Positions 27,905-38,062 are shown, numbered from the stretch's first letter. The stretch is 64,000 bases of DNA from a bacterium (GCA_018672055.1 JABHGM010000001.1:264884-328883), one strand, 5' to 3'. Notes: generated by a model from the letters alone, not told the origin. A program made the numbers and translations.

Positions 27905-29608
27905 ATGGAGCATATCAATATTAAAATTGGTGGCCAGGCTGGGTATGGAGTTATGGTAACTGGTAAAATGATTGCTAAAGCTTGTATGAGGCAAGGCTGG
28001 TCTGTTTTTTGTTATACGGAGTATCCCTCTTTAATACGTGGCGGTCATAATACATATCAAGTTTATGCAAATAAAGAAAAAGCATATTCTCAAAGAGGTG
28101 ATATTCAAGTCTTAATCGCTTTAGATGAAGAGACTATTAAAGAGAATGGCAAGGAAGTAATAGATGGGGGTATTATTATCTATGATTCATCTAGTGTTAA
28201 TTTAAAGGATAAAAGAGGTGATGTTGAATATATTGACGTGCCTATGATTGAGATGTCTAAGGAGGTGCATGGTACTGACTTAATGAAAGATACTGCAGCT
28301 TTGGGTGCAGTTTTAGCTCTTTATCAAATTCACTTTGTTACAATTGAAGATATCATTAAAGATGCTTTTAAAATTAAAGATGAAGAAATAATTAAACAAA
28401 ATATTGAAGTTGCTAGAAAAGGCTATGAGTATATTACTCAAAAAACTAAGACTAAATTTTTAAATATAAAGTTAAATAAGATAGAAGGAATTGAAAGAAT
28501 ATTAATTACTGGTAATGAAGCAATTGGTTTAGGAGCTCTAGCTTCTGGTTGTAAATTCTATGTTGCTTACCCTATGACACCAGCTACTGCTATACTTCAT
28601 TTTATGGCAGCTAACGCTAGAGATTATGATTTAGTAGTTAAACAAGCAGAAGATGAGATATCAGTTATTAATATGGCTATTGGCGCTTCCTTTACTGGCG
28701 TTAGATCAATGTGTGCTACCTCTGGAGGAGGCTTTGCCTTAATGAATGAAACTATTGGTTTTGCTGCTATTTCTGAGACACCTTTAGTAATTGTTGAAGC
28801 TCAAAGAACTGGTCCAGCTACTGGACTGCCAACTTGGTCTGGTCAAGGAGAATTACTTTATGCTATTCATGCTTCTCATGGCGAGTTCTTAAGAGTTGTT
28901 ATTGCTCCAGGAGATGCAGAGGAATCATACGAAGCTACGATTCATGCTTTTAACTTAGCTGATAAGTATCAGTTACCTGTTATTTTACTAACTGATAAAT
29001 ATAATGCAGAAAGTCCATGTTCAGTTGAACCTTTTAGTACTAAGAATGTAAAAATTGATAGGGGACAAATGATAAGTCAAAAAGAATTAGATAAGATAAA
29101 AGATTTTAAAAGATATCAATTAACTCCGTCAGGTATTTCTCCAAGATCAATACCTGGTCAAAAGAATGGAGTCTATCAAGCAAATAGTGATGAACATGAT
29201 GAATATGGATATTCTACAGAAGAAGTTGATATGAGGAATAAGATGATGGAAAAGAGATATGGAAAATTAGCAGCTCTTAAAAAAGACATGCCTGAACCAA
29301 AAATATATGGTAATGAGAAAGCTAAGAAGACTATTCTCTGCTGGGGTTCTACTAAGCTAACTGCTTTAGAAGCCTTAAAAGATTTAGATGATGTTAGAGT
29401 AGTTCATATGCAATATATGAATCCATTTCCAGTCGAGTTTATAAAGAAAAATATTGATCCAAAAACTACTATTATAATAGAAGGAAATCAAACAGCTCAG
29501 TTACAACAATTAATACGTCAGCAAACAGGAATGCTTATTGAAAAAACATTACTTAAATATGATGGTAGACCATTTTATCCAGAAGAAATAATTAAAGCTT
29601 TAAAATAA
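27905..29608 (+). CDS. 2-oxoacid:ferredoxin oxidoreductase alpha subunit (gamma-alpha fusion)
   Basis: GGQAGYG, YPSLIRGGH, YPMTPAT, EDEI, TSGGGFALM, GPATGLPT. Confidence 0.93.
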   Translation: MEHINIKIGGQAGYGVMVTGKMIAKACMRQGWSVFCYTEYPSLIRGGHNTYQVYANKEKAYSQRGDIQVLIALDEETIKENGKEVIDGGIIIYDSSSVNLKDKRGDVEYIDVPMIEMSKEVHGTDLMKDTAALGAVLALYQIHFVTIEDIIKDAFKIKDEEIIKQNIEVARKGYEYITQKTKTKFLNIKLNKIEGIERILITGNEAIGLGALASGCKFYVAYPMTPATAILHFMAANARDYDLVVKQAEDEISVINMAIGASFTGVRSMCATSGGGFALMNETIGFAAISETPLVIVEAQRTGPATGLPTWSGQGELLYAIHASHGEFLRVVIAPGDAEESYEATIHAFNLADKYQLPVILLTDKYNAESPCSVEPFSTKNVKIDRGQMISQKELDKIKDFKRYQLTPSGISPRSIPGQKNGVYQANSDEHDEYGYSTEEVDMRNKMMEKRYGKLAALKKDMPEPKIYGNEKAKKTILCWGSTKLTALEALKDLDDVRVVHMQYMNPFPVEFIKKNIDPKTTIIIEGNQTAQLQQLIRQQTGMLIEKTLLKYDGRPFYPEEIIKALK

Positions 29609-29609
29609 T

Positions 29610-30476
29610 ATGAGTGATTTAAATGTAAAACAATACGAAACTTGTAATAGTCCTACTTGGTGTCCAGGTTGTGGTAATAATCCAATACTTATTGCTGTTA
29701 GAAAAGCTTTAGTTAATTTAGGTATAGAACCACATGAAGTAGCTTTTACTTTTGATATTGGTTGTAATAGTAATGGAGCTAACTTTTTAAATGGCTATAT
29801 TTGTCATGCCTTACATGGTAGATCACTACCACCTGCTGAAGCTATACGTTTAGCTAATCATAATTTAAAAGCAATTATCTCATTTGCTGGTGATGGTGGT
29901 GGTTTTGGTATTGGTATTGGACATTTTATACATGCTTGTCGTAGGAATATAGATATATTGTATTTAACACATGATAATCAGATATATGGTTTAACTACAG
30001 GTCAAACATCACCTACTTCTTCAAAAGGTGTTAAAACAAAATCAACGCCATTTGGTAATCCAGAAGAACCAGTTAATCCACCAGCCTTAGCTTTGTCATC
30101 AAGTGCTACTTGGGTAGCCAGAGGTTTTGCAGGTGAAATAAATCATTTAACTTCTTTAATAGAAAAAGGTATTAAACATCCAGGTTTTGCTCATTTAGAT
30201 GTATTTCAACCATGTGTTACTTTTAATAAGTTAAATACATTTGATTGGTTTAGAAAAAGAGTCTATAAATTAGAAGAAACAGATTACAAGCCTAATGACA
30301 AGAAAAAAGCTTGGAGTAAAGCATGGGAATTAGATGAGAAATTACCACTCGGAGTATTATATGAAGAAAAAAAAGAAACATATAAAGATCAATTACCTCA
30401 ACTTGCCAATGAAGCTTTAGTTGAGAAGAAGTTAGGTTCAGTTGACTTAACTAAAGCAATGGAAGAGTATAAATAA
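29610..30476 (+). CDS. 2-oxoacid:ferredoxin oxidoreductase beta subunit
   Basis: WCPGCG, GDGG TPP motif, IYGLTTGQTSPT, QPCVTFN. Confidence 0.93.
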   Translation: MSDLNVKQYETCNSPTWCPGCGNNPILIAVRKALVNLGIEPHEVAFTFDIGCNSNGANFLNGYICHALHGRSLPPAEAIRLANHNLKAIISFAGDGGGFGIGIGHFIHACRRNIDILYLTHDNQIYGLTTGQTSPTSSKGVKTKSTPFGNPEEPVNPPALALSSSATWVARGFAGEINHLTSLIEKGIKHPGFAHLDVFQPCVTFNKLNTFDWFRKRVYKLEETDYKPNDKKKAWSKAWELDEKLPLGVLYEEKKETYKDQLPQLANEALVEKKLGSVDLTKAMEEYK

Positions 30477-30538
30477 AAAAAGGTTAGTTAGACTAACCTT
30501 TTCAGTTAAGAAATATTAAGGAATTATTATTCCTTATT

Positions 30539-30916
30539 TTATTTTGTTTGAGATAAATGAATTCCGAGTATATCTGAGAGTTCAATTAAGCGATTAGTCT
30601 CATATTCTCCCCAGGCAATATTTTTATCTTCGTAAACTCTATTAATAGCTTCTTTTTGATTCATCTCAACCAATGCCTTTGCAACTGATTCGTTTGTACC
30701 ATTATTTTGTACACGTACACAGGTCATTACCAATATTTCTGCCATTTTTTTAGTATCTTTTTTAGGTACAGCACTTAAATCACTATTTGCCAAGCATTCT
30801 GAAATCAAGCTTACAATATACTGGATAGGTATATCAAGATTGATTCTTGTTGTTGCATCATATCCTGGCAAAATTTTCATCATGAACTGATGTATCTTTG
30901 GTTTTATTTCTGACAT
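30539..30916 (-). CDS. hypothetical protein, paralog family member 1
   Basis: AGGAGA SD, TTGACT-N17-TAGTAT, own terminator; AKALVEMNQKEA motif. Confidence 0.65.
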   Translation of the reverse strand: MSEIKPKIHQFMMKILPGYDATTRINLDIPIQYIVSLISECLANSDLSAVPKKDTKKMAEILVMTCVRVQNNGTNESVAKALVEMNQKEAINRVYEDKNIAWGEYETNRLIELSDILGIHLSQTK

Positions 30917-31080
30917 TTCTTTCTCCTATTGTTATTTAAGAACGTATTTATTAGTTCCATTGTAGTATATGATACTAACAGATTTGCTATTTTTAGTCAA
31001 CCTATCTTAAATAAAAAAAGGCTAGACTTGCTAACCTTTTAAATTGAGAAATATGAAGGAATTATTATTCCTTCTTTGTT

Positions 31081-31716
31081 TTAGATATAATTATCAATTC
31101 TATGACATATATCTTCTAAAACAGCAATATTTTTATCAGTACTTAAGTCAAATTTTTTAGATGCTCTTTTTGGAGCGTCTTTCTGATTCATTGATATAAG
31201 TGTTTGGATTACTGCTGAAGTAGATTTTTTTGCATTACATAAAGTAGTTGAGAATACAAAATCTGATGCTATTTCTTCGCGGGATTTTTCAGGGGTATGA
31301 CCTTCAGTACATAGATATGCTATAAAAGTGATTACATCTTCCATTGGTACTTTTACTGGCATATCAGGTAATTTAAGTTTTTCCAGAAGCATGTTTGTAA
31401 ATACTTGATGCATGGGTTGTGTCTTGATTTTCTTCAACATATTTTGATTATCAACATAACTTTCTTCCAGGCGAGTAATCCTATTCATATCTAACATGGC
31501 ATGTTCTGCTGGGCCACGATTTGATAGGGGTATCAACTTATAATTTTCTAAGAATATTTTTACCATTTTTTTACGAGCTGTTATGGGTAAAAATCCGGAT
31601 CTGCAGAAGAAAAATATCATAATTTGCATATTTATTTCTGATATATCAGGTAATTCACATTTTTTAAGAAATACATTAATAAAAATTTTATGCATTGGTG
31701 GATTTATTTTAGACAT
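31081..31716 (-). CDS. hypothetical protein, paralog family member 2 (internal duplication)
   Basis: PMHKIF...LPDI / PMHQVF...LPDM; ISMNQKDA; SD, promoter and terminator. Confidence 0.65.
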   Translation of the reverse strand: MSKINPPMHKIFINVFLKKCELPDISEINMQIMIFFFCRSGFLPITARKKMVKIFLENYKLIPLSNRGPAEHAMLDMNRITRLEESYVDNQNMLKKIKTQPMHQVFTNMLLEKLKLPDMPVKVPMEDVITFIAYLCTEGHTPEKSREEIASDFVFSTTLCNAKKSTSAVIQTLISMNQKDAPKRASKKFDLSTDKNIAVLEDICHRIDNYI

Positions 31717-31859
31717 TTTTGTCTCCTATTTGTTTATGAGCGAAATATTATTTATATTAATAATATAAAATAATAGCAGATTCATTATTTTTAGTCAATT
31801 TAGTATAAATAAAAAAAGACCAGATAAAGCACTGGTCTTTTGTAATTCAAGGGATAGGA

Positions 31860-32219
31860 CTATTTAAGAAAGCCAATAATATTTTTGATTTGAGATATCT
31901 TCTTATCTTGGCTTTTGTTTATCAACTTAACAAAGTAATCCTTTTGGTCTAGAGCTAAAATAGCTTTAGCAGTGGCTCGAGCAATCGTTGGATGAATATT
32001 GCGTGATTCGACAGAAGATAAAATGTTCGTAAACAGTACGTCAGCAAAGTTTTTCTGACTTTTTTTTGGTATTTTATTTTCTGTCAATAAATGGCAGATC
32101 AAAAGTAAAATTGTACAGTTATTCAGATACGGTTGATTTTCTTTAAGCCAAGGATCTTCTTTTTTAAGTATGGCGAGAAGACCTTCATGTAATAGTATTT
32201 TATCTGATGTATTTTTCAA
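31860..32219 (-). CDS. hypothetical protein, probable paralog family member 3
   Basis: IPKKSQK...AKAILALDQKDY; AAGGGGA SD with TTG start. Confidence 0.55.
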   Translation of the reverse strand: MKNTSDKILLHEGLLAILKKEDPWLKENQPYLNNCTILLLICHLLTENKIPKKSQKNFADVLFTNILSSVESRNIHPTIARATAKAILALDQKDYFVKLINKSQDKKISQIKNIIGFLK

Positions 32220-32365
32220 TACTTTCCCCTTTATTTTATTAAGAACATTAAATAATACATAACAGTAGCATTGTAGGCATATTTAGTCAATGGTTTGAAA
32301 GCTTTGCTTATCATGCGCGTCTTAATAACTAAGTAGATATATTCTATTTAATTAATAAGATAAAT

Positions 32366-32554
32366 ATGGCTAAAATTAGTAAAAAAATTGGATTATCATT
32401 TATAGCTAGCGTAATTATAATAATAGGTATGCTAGCTTTAACATTTCCATTAATCCCTGGATTTTTACTTATATTCCTAGGTGCTTCCTTAATGCCTAGT
32501 GATAGATTTAAGGTAAAAGTTCGTGAATTAAGGGAAAGAATGGTCATATTTTAA
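32366..32554 (+). CDS. small membrane protein (PGPGW-like)
   Basis: IGMLALTFPLIPGFLLIFLG. Confidence 0.6.
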   Translation: MAKISKKIGLSFIASVIIIIGMLALTFPLIPGFLLIFLGASLMPSDRFKVKVRELRERMVIF

Positions 32555-32669
32555 GAATTACTAATTAGTTCTTCTAAAGACTCAAAAGCTTTGGCTTTTG
32601 AGTCTTTTAGTTACTTGACTAAATTGACTATTTAGACTATGATACTTTATCAATTAAGGAGGAGTAATA

Positions 32670-32912
32670 ATGATTCCGTACATAGTATATAAGAAGATTG
32701 ATAGTTTGGAGGAAATAGCAAAATTAAAAGATTTAGTTTTAAAATTACTGGGTTCAGGAAAAAAATTAATTGAATATCCTTCAGGCATAGCATTAGTTTT
32801 AAGTAAGGAAGAATATGAAATTTTATTCAAAAATAAATGGCAGATTCAGTCTTTAACTAATGTTTTAGATCCATATGGTCTAGTTGAACAAGTTTTAACC
32901 AAATCACCTTAG
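32670..32912 (+). CDS. hypothetical protein (orphan unit)
   Basis: AAGGAGGAG SD; TTGACT upstream; terminator overlapping the stop. Confidence 0.6.
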   Translation: MIPYIVYKKIDSLEEIAKLKDLVLKLLGSGKKLIEYPSGIALVLSKEEYEILFKNKWQIQSLTNVLDPYGLVEQVLTKSP

Positions 32913-32962
32913 TTTTGCTAAGGTGATTTTTTATGACTTGACATATATTTACTACATGATAC

Positions 32963-32983
32963 TATTGATAATGATTATCAATA
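32963..32983. promoter_or_regulatory. Fur/PerR box
   Basis: Palindrome tattgataatgattatcaata between a TTGACA promoter and the Fur-family gene. Confidence 0.8.
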
Positions 32984-32987
32984 ACAT

Positions 32988-33401
32988 ATGATTTTAAAAG
33001 TACCACAAGGAAAAAGGCTTACTAAGCAAAGGAGTATAATACTTGAAGAATTAAAAAAGAATAGGATTCATCCAACTGCTTTAGAGGTTCATAAATTAGT
33101 AAAAAAAAGGTTACCTAAAATTAGTTTAGCTACTATTTATCGTAATCTTAAATTTTTACAAAGTAATGGATATATAATGAGTATTAACTGTGAAAGTTGT
33201 AATTCAGAACGCTTTGATGGTTTTACTGATCACCATCAACATTTTTCTTGTAAAGTTTGTCAAAAAGTATATGATATGAATAAGTCTAAATCAGACGAAG
33301 TTAAGGTTAATAAAAAGGAAGGTCATCAGGTTGATGACTATCAAATAATATTTAATGGAATTTGTAAAATATGTCTAAAGAAAGAAAAACAATATATTTA
33401 G
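32988..33401 (+). CDS. Fur/PerR family transcriptional repressor
   Basis: RLTKQR, HPTA, ISLATIYRNL, HHQHFSCKVC, CKIC. Confidence 0.92.
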   Translation: MILKVPQGKRLTKQRSIILEELKKNRIHPTALEVHKLVKKRLPKISLATIYRNLKFLQSNGYIMSINCESCNSERFDGFTDHHQHFSCKVCQKVYDMNKSKSDEVKVNKKEGHQVDDYQIIFNGICKICLKKEKQYI

Positions 33402-34549
33402 ATCACGCTGCTACTACATATGTAAGAGATGAAGTAGTTAAAGCTATGGAACCATATTGGCAAGATATATATGGTAATCCATCTTCAATATATTTTAAAG
33501 GACAAGAAGCTAAACGAGCTTTAAATGATGCTAGATCAAAAGTAGCTAGTATTTTTAATTGTGAATCCTCTGAGATTATATTTGAAGGTTCTGGTTCTGA
33601 ATCAGATAATCATGCTTTAATTGGTACGGCTTTAGCTAATCAAGGGAATGGTAAACATTTAATAACTACAGCTATAGAACATCATGCAGTACTTCATGCT
33701 ATGGCATATTTAGAAACTCTAGGTTTTGAAGTTACTTACTTACCTGTAGATAAAGATGGTTTAGTTAAAGAGCAAGATTTAAAAGATGCTATAACTCCAA
33801 AAACTATTTTAGTTTCCATAATTCATGGTCATAATGAAATAGGTACAGTACAAGATATTAAAAAATTAAATAAAATATCTAAAGAAGTAAATAAAGATAT
33901 TATTTTTCATACTGATGCTTGTCAATCAGCTGCTTTCTATAATCTAGATGTTAAAGATTTAGACATTGATCTTATGACTATAAATGGTTCTAAGATATAT
34001 GGTCCTAAAGCTACTGGTGTTTTATATATTAAAAAAGGAACTATAGTTAACCCTATTATCCACGGTGGTGGTCAAGAAAAAGGTAAAAGAGCTGGTACAG
34101 AGAATATTCCAGGTATTATTGGTTTAGCTAAAGCTTTAGAACTTATTCAAACTGATATGAAAGAAGAGAATAAGCGATTAATAGAATTAAGAGATAAATT
34201 AATTAAAGGGTTACTTACTATACCTAAAGTTATTTTAAATGGGCATCCTGAAAAAAGATTACCTAACAATGTTAATGTTACTATTAAAGATATTGAAGGT
34301 GAAGCTATGTTACTTCACTTAGATGAACTTGGTATTTGTGCTTCTTCTGGTTCTGCTTGTACTTCAGGTAGTTTAGAGCCTTCTCATGTTATTCTAGCTT
34401 TAGGTCATCCATATGAAATGGCTCATGGTAGTATGCGTTTTAGTTTAGGTAGAGCTAATACAGAAGAAGATATTGAATTATTGCTTAAAGAGTTTCCATC
34501 AATAATTGAAAAATTAAGGGCAATGAGCCCAGTAAATTTAAAAGATTAA
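33371..34549 (+). CDS. iscS: cysteine desulfurase
   Basis: IYLDHAATT, GNPSS, HTDACQ, KIYGPK, SSGSACTSG. Confidence 0.93.
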   Translation: MSKERKTIYLDHAATTYVRDEVVKAMEPYWQDIYGNPSSIYFKGQEAKRALNDARSKVASIFNCESSEIIFEGSGSESDNHALIGTALANQGNGKHLITTAIEHHAVLHAMAYLETLGFEVTYLPVDKDGLVKEQDLKDAITPKTILVSIIHGHNEIGTVQDIKKLNKISKEVNKDIIFHTDACQSAAFYNLDVKDLDIDLMTINGSKIYGPKATGVLYIKKGTIVNPIIHGGGQEKGKRAGTENIPGIIGLAKALELIQTDMKEENKRLIELRDKLIKGLLTIPKVILNGHPEKRLPNNVNVTIKDIEGEAMLLHLDELGICASSGSACTSGSLEPSHVILALGHPYEMAHGSMRFSLGRANTEEDIELLLKEFPSIIEKLRAMSPVNLKD

Positions 34550-34552
34550 TAT

Positions 34553-35221
34553 ATGAATATATTTAAAAAGAAAATTAAAGAAGAAGAAGTTGAATCTGAC
34601 GGAGTTGATCAAACTGGTGCAGATTGGGCCTATTCTGATGAGGTTAGAAAACATTTTTTTGAACCTCAAAATTTTGTTACTGAAACACCTAAAGATTTTA
34701 ATGGTTTAGGTATGGTTGGTTCTCCAGCTTGTGGTGACATGATGAAAGTTTGGATTAAAGTAGATCCAAAGAAAGAGGTAATTGAAAACTTTAGTTGGCA
34801 AACTTTTGGTTGCGCATCAGCCATTGCTTCTACTTCTATGCTATCTGTAATGGTTGTAGAAAATGGTGGCAGAACAATTGATGAAGCTTTAGCTATTACT
34901 CCTAAAGATATTATGGATAGATTAGCTGGTTTACCATCACGTAAAGTTCATTGTAGTGTTTTAGGTGACAAAGCTTTAGAAGCTGCAATAAATGATTACT
35001 TTAGAAGAACTAATCAAAAAGATAGGATGAAGCAAGCTGGTTCTAGGATAATAGATAAGGAATTAAGAATTACAGATAAAGATATTGAAACAGCTGTTAA
35101 GGATGGTGCTAAAACTTTCGAAGAAGTTCAAGCTAAAACTAAAGTTGGTACTGGTGATCCAGATTGTCTTATTGAAGCTAAAGAGTTGGTAAACTTTTAC
35201 GTCGAGAAATATTACTTATAA
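34553..35221 (+). CDS. iscU: Fe-S cluster scaffold IscU/NifU with C-terminal BFD-like domain
   Basis: GSPACGDMM, FGCASAIAS, KVHCSVL; C-terminal TKVGTGDPDC. Confidence 0.85.
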   Translation: MNIFKKKIKEEEVESDGVDQTGADWAYSDEVRKHFFEPQNFVTETPKDFNGLGMVGSPACGDMMKVWIKVDPKKEVIENFSWQTFGCASAIASTSMLSVMVVENGGRTIDEALAITPKDIMDRLAGLPSRKVHCSVLGDKALEAAINDYFRRTNQKDRMKQAGSRIIDKELRITDKDIETAVKDGAKTFEEVQAKTKVGTGDPDCLIEAKELVNFYVEKYYL

Positions 35222-35251
35222 TAGTTAATAAATTAAATAGATAAAACATAT

Positions 35252-35437
35252 ATGGCAAAAACTATGTACAAAGTAGATGATGTTGTACCTAAAACAGGAA
35301 ATTATCGTTGTGTTATCTGTGATCATATCATGGAGTTTAAAGAAGGCGATAAATTCGTTGTTTGTCCAGTTTGTTTAGCTGGTCAAGAAGGTGGTCCAAC
35401 AGAACCCCATGAAGATTTCTGGGAGATAGTAGAATAA
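35252..35437 (+). CDS. small zinc-ribbon or rubredoxin-like protein
   Basis: CVIC...CPVC. Confidence 0.75.
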   Translation: MAKTMYKVDDVVPKTGNYRCVICDHIMEFKEGDKFVVCPVCLAGQEGGPTEPHEDFWEIVE

Positions 35438-35477
35438 ATAGATTATATACATAATAAATAATTAATTAAAAAACAAT

Positions 35478-35894
35478 ATGGAGAAAGAAGAATTAATAAA
35501 ACTTTTAAATGAAGATTTGGCTAAAGAATTTGCAGCTGCTGTACAATACATACAACATGCAGCTACTATCACTGGAGCCAAGTATCAATCTATACAAAAA
35601 GAATTAGTTATTCACGCTACAGAAGAGATGGAACATGCTAATCAATTAGCAATTCAAATCGATTTCTTAGGTGGTGTACCAACTACTGATGTTGATACTC
35701 GTTATACTAGTGATGATTCTGAAGAAATGTTGAAACAAGATTTAACTGGTGAAAAAGGAGCTATAGCTCGTTATAAGACTAGAGTTAAACAGGCTAATGA
35801 GCTTGGTGAATATGGTTTAGAAAATGTTTTAAAGAATATTCTAAGTATGGAAGAAGAGCATCAGCAAGATCTAGAAACAGCGTTAAATGATTAA
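35478..35894 (+). CDS. ferritin-like (bacterioferritin-type) protein
   Basis: E...QY, EEMEHA, LGGVP, EEEH di-iron motifs. Confidence 0.88.
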   Translation: MEKEELIKLLNEDLAKEFAAAVQYIQHAATITGAKYQSIQKELVIHATEEMEHANQLAIQIDFLGGVPTTDVDTRYTSDDSEEMLKQDLTGEKGAIARYKTRVKQANELGEYGLENVLKNILSMEEEHQQDLETALND

Positions 35895-35917
35895 AAAAAA
35901 GAAAGGAAAAAAATAAT

Positions 35918-36433
35918 ATGATTAAAATTGGACAACCTGCTCCAGAGTTTACTTTGGAAGCAGCATATAAAGACAAATTTGAAAAAGTATCACTTAAAGA
36001 TTATAAAGGAAAATGGACAGTACTATTTTTCTATCCATTAGATTTTACTTTTGTTTGTCCTACAGAAATTACAGAGTTTAGTAAACGAACTAAAGAATTT
36101 GATGAATGTGATACTAAAGTATTAGGCGCTAGCGTTGATAGTGTTCATTCACATAAGGCTTGGCTTAAAGATTTAGGTGAACTTAATTATCCATTACTCT
36201 CTGATATGACAAAGCAAGTATCACGTGATTATGGAGTTTTACTTGAAGAAGAAGGTATTACTTTAAGAGGAACCTTTATTATTGATCCTGAAGGTATTGT
36301 TAGGTATCAGTTAATTCATGATAATAATATTGGACGTAATGTAGAAGAGATATTAAGAGTGCTTAAAGCTTTACAATCAGGTGGTTTATGTCCAGCAGGC
36401 TGGCAACCAGGTGATGACAATCTAAAAGGTTAA
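35918..36433 (+). CDS. ahpC: 2-Cys peroxiredoxin
   Basis: FFYPLDFTFVCPTE and LCPAGW. Confidence 0.93.
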   Translation: MIKIGQPAPEFTLEAAYKDKFEKVSLKDYKGKWTVLFFYPLDFTFVCPTEITEFSKRTKEFDECDTKVLGASVDSVHSHKAWLKDLGELNYPLLSDMTKQVSRDYGVLLEEEGITLRGTFIIDPEGIVRYQLIHDNNIGRNVEEILRVLKALQSGGLCPAGWQPGDDNLKG

Positions 36434-36451
36434 TTATTAATAAATAAATAT

Positions 36452-36748
36452 ATGGAACCACAAGTTGAACCTAAAGAAAAACATATTCCAGTTATTGAAA
36501 AACTTGAAGATAATAAAGTAATAGTTAAAGTAGGTGCTGTAGAGCATCCTATGACTGAAGAACACTTTATTGAATGGATTGAATTATATAAGTCAGGTGA
36601 ACTCGTTAAACATGTTGATTTAAAACCTAGTGATAAGCCAGAAGCTACTTTTGAAGTAGAGTTTGAGTCATTAGATGATTTAATGGCTAAAGAGCATTGT
36701 AATCTACATGGTACTTGGCAGAGTGATAAGGAAGAAATGGTAGTTTAA
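36452..36748 (+). CDS. superoxide reductase (neelaredoxin-type)
   Basis: EKHIP, HPMTEEHFIEWI, CNLHGTW. Confidence 0.92.
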   Translation: MEPQVEPKEKHIPVIEKLEDNKVIVKVGAVEHPMTEEHFIEWIELYKSGELVKHVDLKPSDKPEATFEVEFESLDDLMAKEHCNLHGTWQSDKEEMVV

Positions 36749-36817
36749 GTAGTATATAGAAAAATTGAATATATAAAAAAATCCTTGGTACTAGTTAGTC
36801 CCAAGGATTATATCTGT

Positions 36818-37156
36818 TTAAGAGTGTTTAAATGAGTTACTTTTTGGAGGAACTTCATTTAGTTTTACATGATATATTTTTTCTATTTCAGAAAAAGTTA
36901 GAAAGAAAAATAAATCCTTTGGAAAATTTGCCATCACCTCGTCGTATATTGGTTTTCTACCGAGATTAGAGTTCATTATCTGTCTTTCTATCTCTTTATA
37001 CTTACGAGCACCTTCAGCATTGAAGTATCCATTTATGTCTATCTCATTACCATCTTTATCAATAACAATGTGAGGGTTGTCAGTCTTAAATTTTACTTTG
37101 GTTGATTTATTTTGGGGTTTTTTATTCTTTTTTTTAGTTCCTCTGATAATATCCAT
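36818..37156 (-). CDS. hypothetical protein (orphan unit)
   Basis: AGGAGGA SD, TTGACA at ~37222-37227, own terminator. Confidence 0.6.
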   Translation of the reverse strand: MDIIRGTKKKNKKPQNKSTKVKFKTDNPHIVIDKDGNEIDINGYFNAEGARKYKEIERQIMNSNLGRKPIYDEVMANFPKDLFFFLTFSEIEKIYHVKLNEVPPKSNSFKHS

Positions 37157-37268
37157 TATATCCTCCTATCATTTTAATATTGTCCAAGAACATAAGTTAC
37201 CTTATATAATGAAATGGTATTTGTCAATTAAAGCTTGACTTATTTCTTCAAAGGGTTAAGTTGAATAT

Positions 37269-37940
37269 ATGGAGTATCAAGGTTTAAAAATAGAACATTT
37301 TAGCCATGACTGCTTTCAGCTATCATATATGGATAAGGTAATATATATTGATCCATATCATCTAACTGCTAGTCAGGCTGTTAGGGCTGATTATATTTTT
37401 ATAACTCATGGGCATTTTGATCATTGTAGTCCAAATGATATTAAAAAGATAATTAGCGTTGATACTATTATAATAGCTTTAGCTGAATGCATGGAACAGT
37501 TACAAAGCTTAAGAGTTAAAGAAGTAAATTATGTTGAGCCTAATCAACAATTAACTTTACCTGACTTTAATGTTGAAACTATACCTGCATATAATTTAGA
37601 TAAGTTTAGATCTCCTGGAGTACCATATCATCCAAAAGAAGAAAAAAAGGTAGGTTATGTATTAGATTTCAATGGTTTGAAATTGTTTCACACTGGTGAT
37701 GCGGATAATATACCTGAGTTTGCTAGTTTAAAAGATATTGATATAGCCTTACTACCTGTTTCTGGTACATATGTTATGACTCCTGAAGAAGCTGTTCAAG
37801 CCACACGTGTTATTAAGCCTAAAATGGTAATACCAATGCATTATGGTAGTATTATAGGTAGTAAAGATGATGCTATAAAGTACAAGGAAGGTGTTAATAA
37901 TAGCCCTGACTTAACTGGTATAGAAGTCAATATTATTTAA
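37269..37940 (+). CDS. MBL-fold metallo-hydrolase
   Basis: IYIDPY, THGHFDH, HTGD, PMHYG. Confidence 0.9.
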   Translation: MEYQGLKIEHFSHDCFQLSYMDKVIYIDPYHLTASQAVRADYIFITHGHFDHCSPNDIKKIISVDTIIIALAECMEQLQSLRVKEVNYVEPNQQLTLPDFNVETIPAYNLDKFRSPGVPYHPKEEKKVGYVLDFNGLKLFHTGDADNIPEFASLKDIDIALLPVSGTYVMTPEEAVQATRVIKPKMVIPMHYGSIIGSKDDAIKYKEGVNNSPDLTGIEVNII

Positions 37941-38013
37941 TAGTTGCATATACTTTGTAGTTGAGTTATAATAGATAAGCACCAGAATTTTCAATCTTGT
38001 CCACAGTTACAAA

Positions 38014-38062
38014 AATCAACATCTTGTGATATAATCATAAGGTAGACTACTACATGTAGTGG
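38014..38062. promoter_or_regulatory. tandem NrdR-box-like sites upstream of nrdJ
   Basis: aatcaacatcttgtga (38014-38029) and ctactacatgtagtgg (38047-38062) resemble the acaCwAtATaTwGtgt consensus. Confidence 0.6.
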
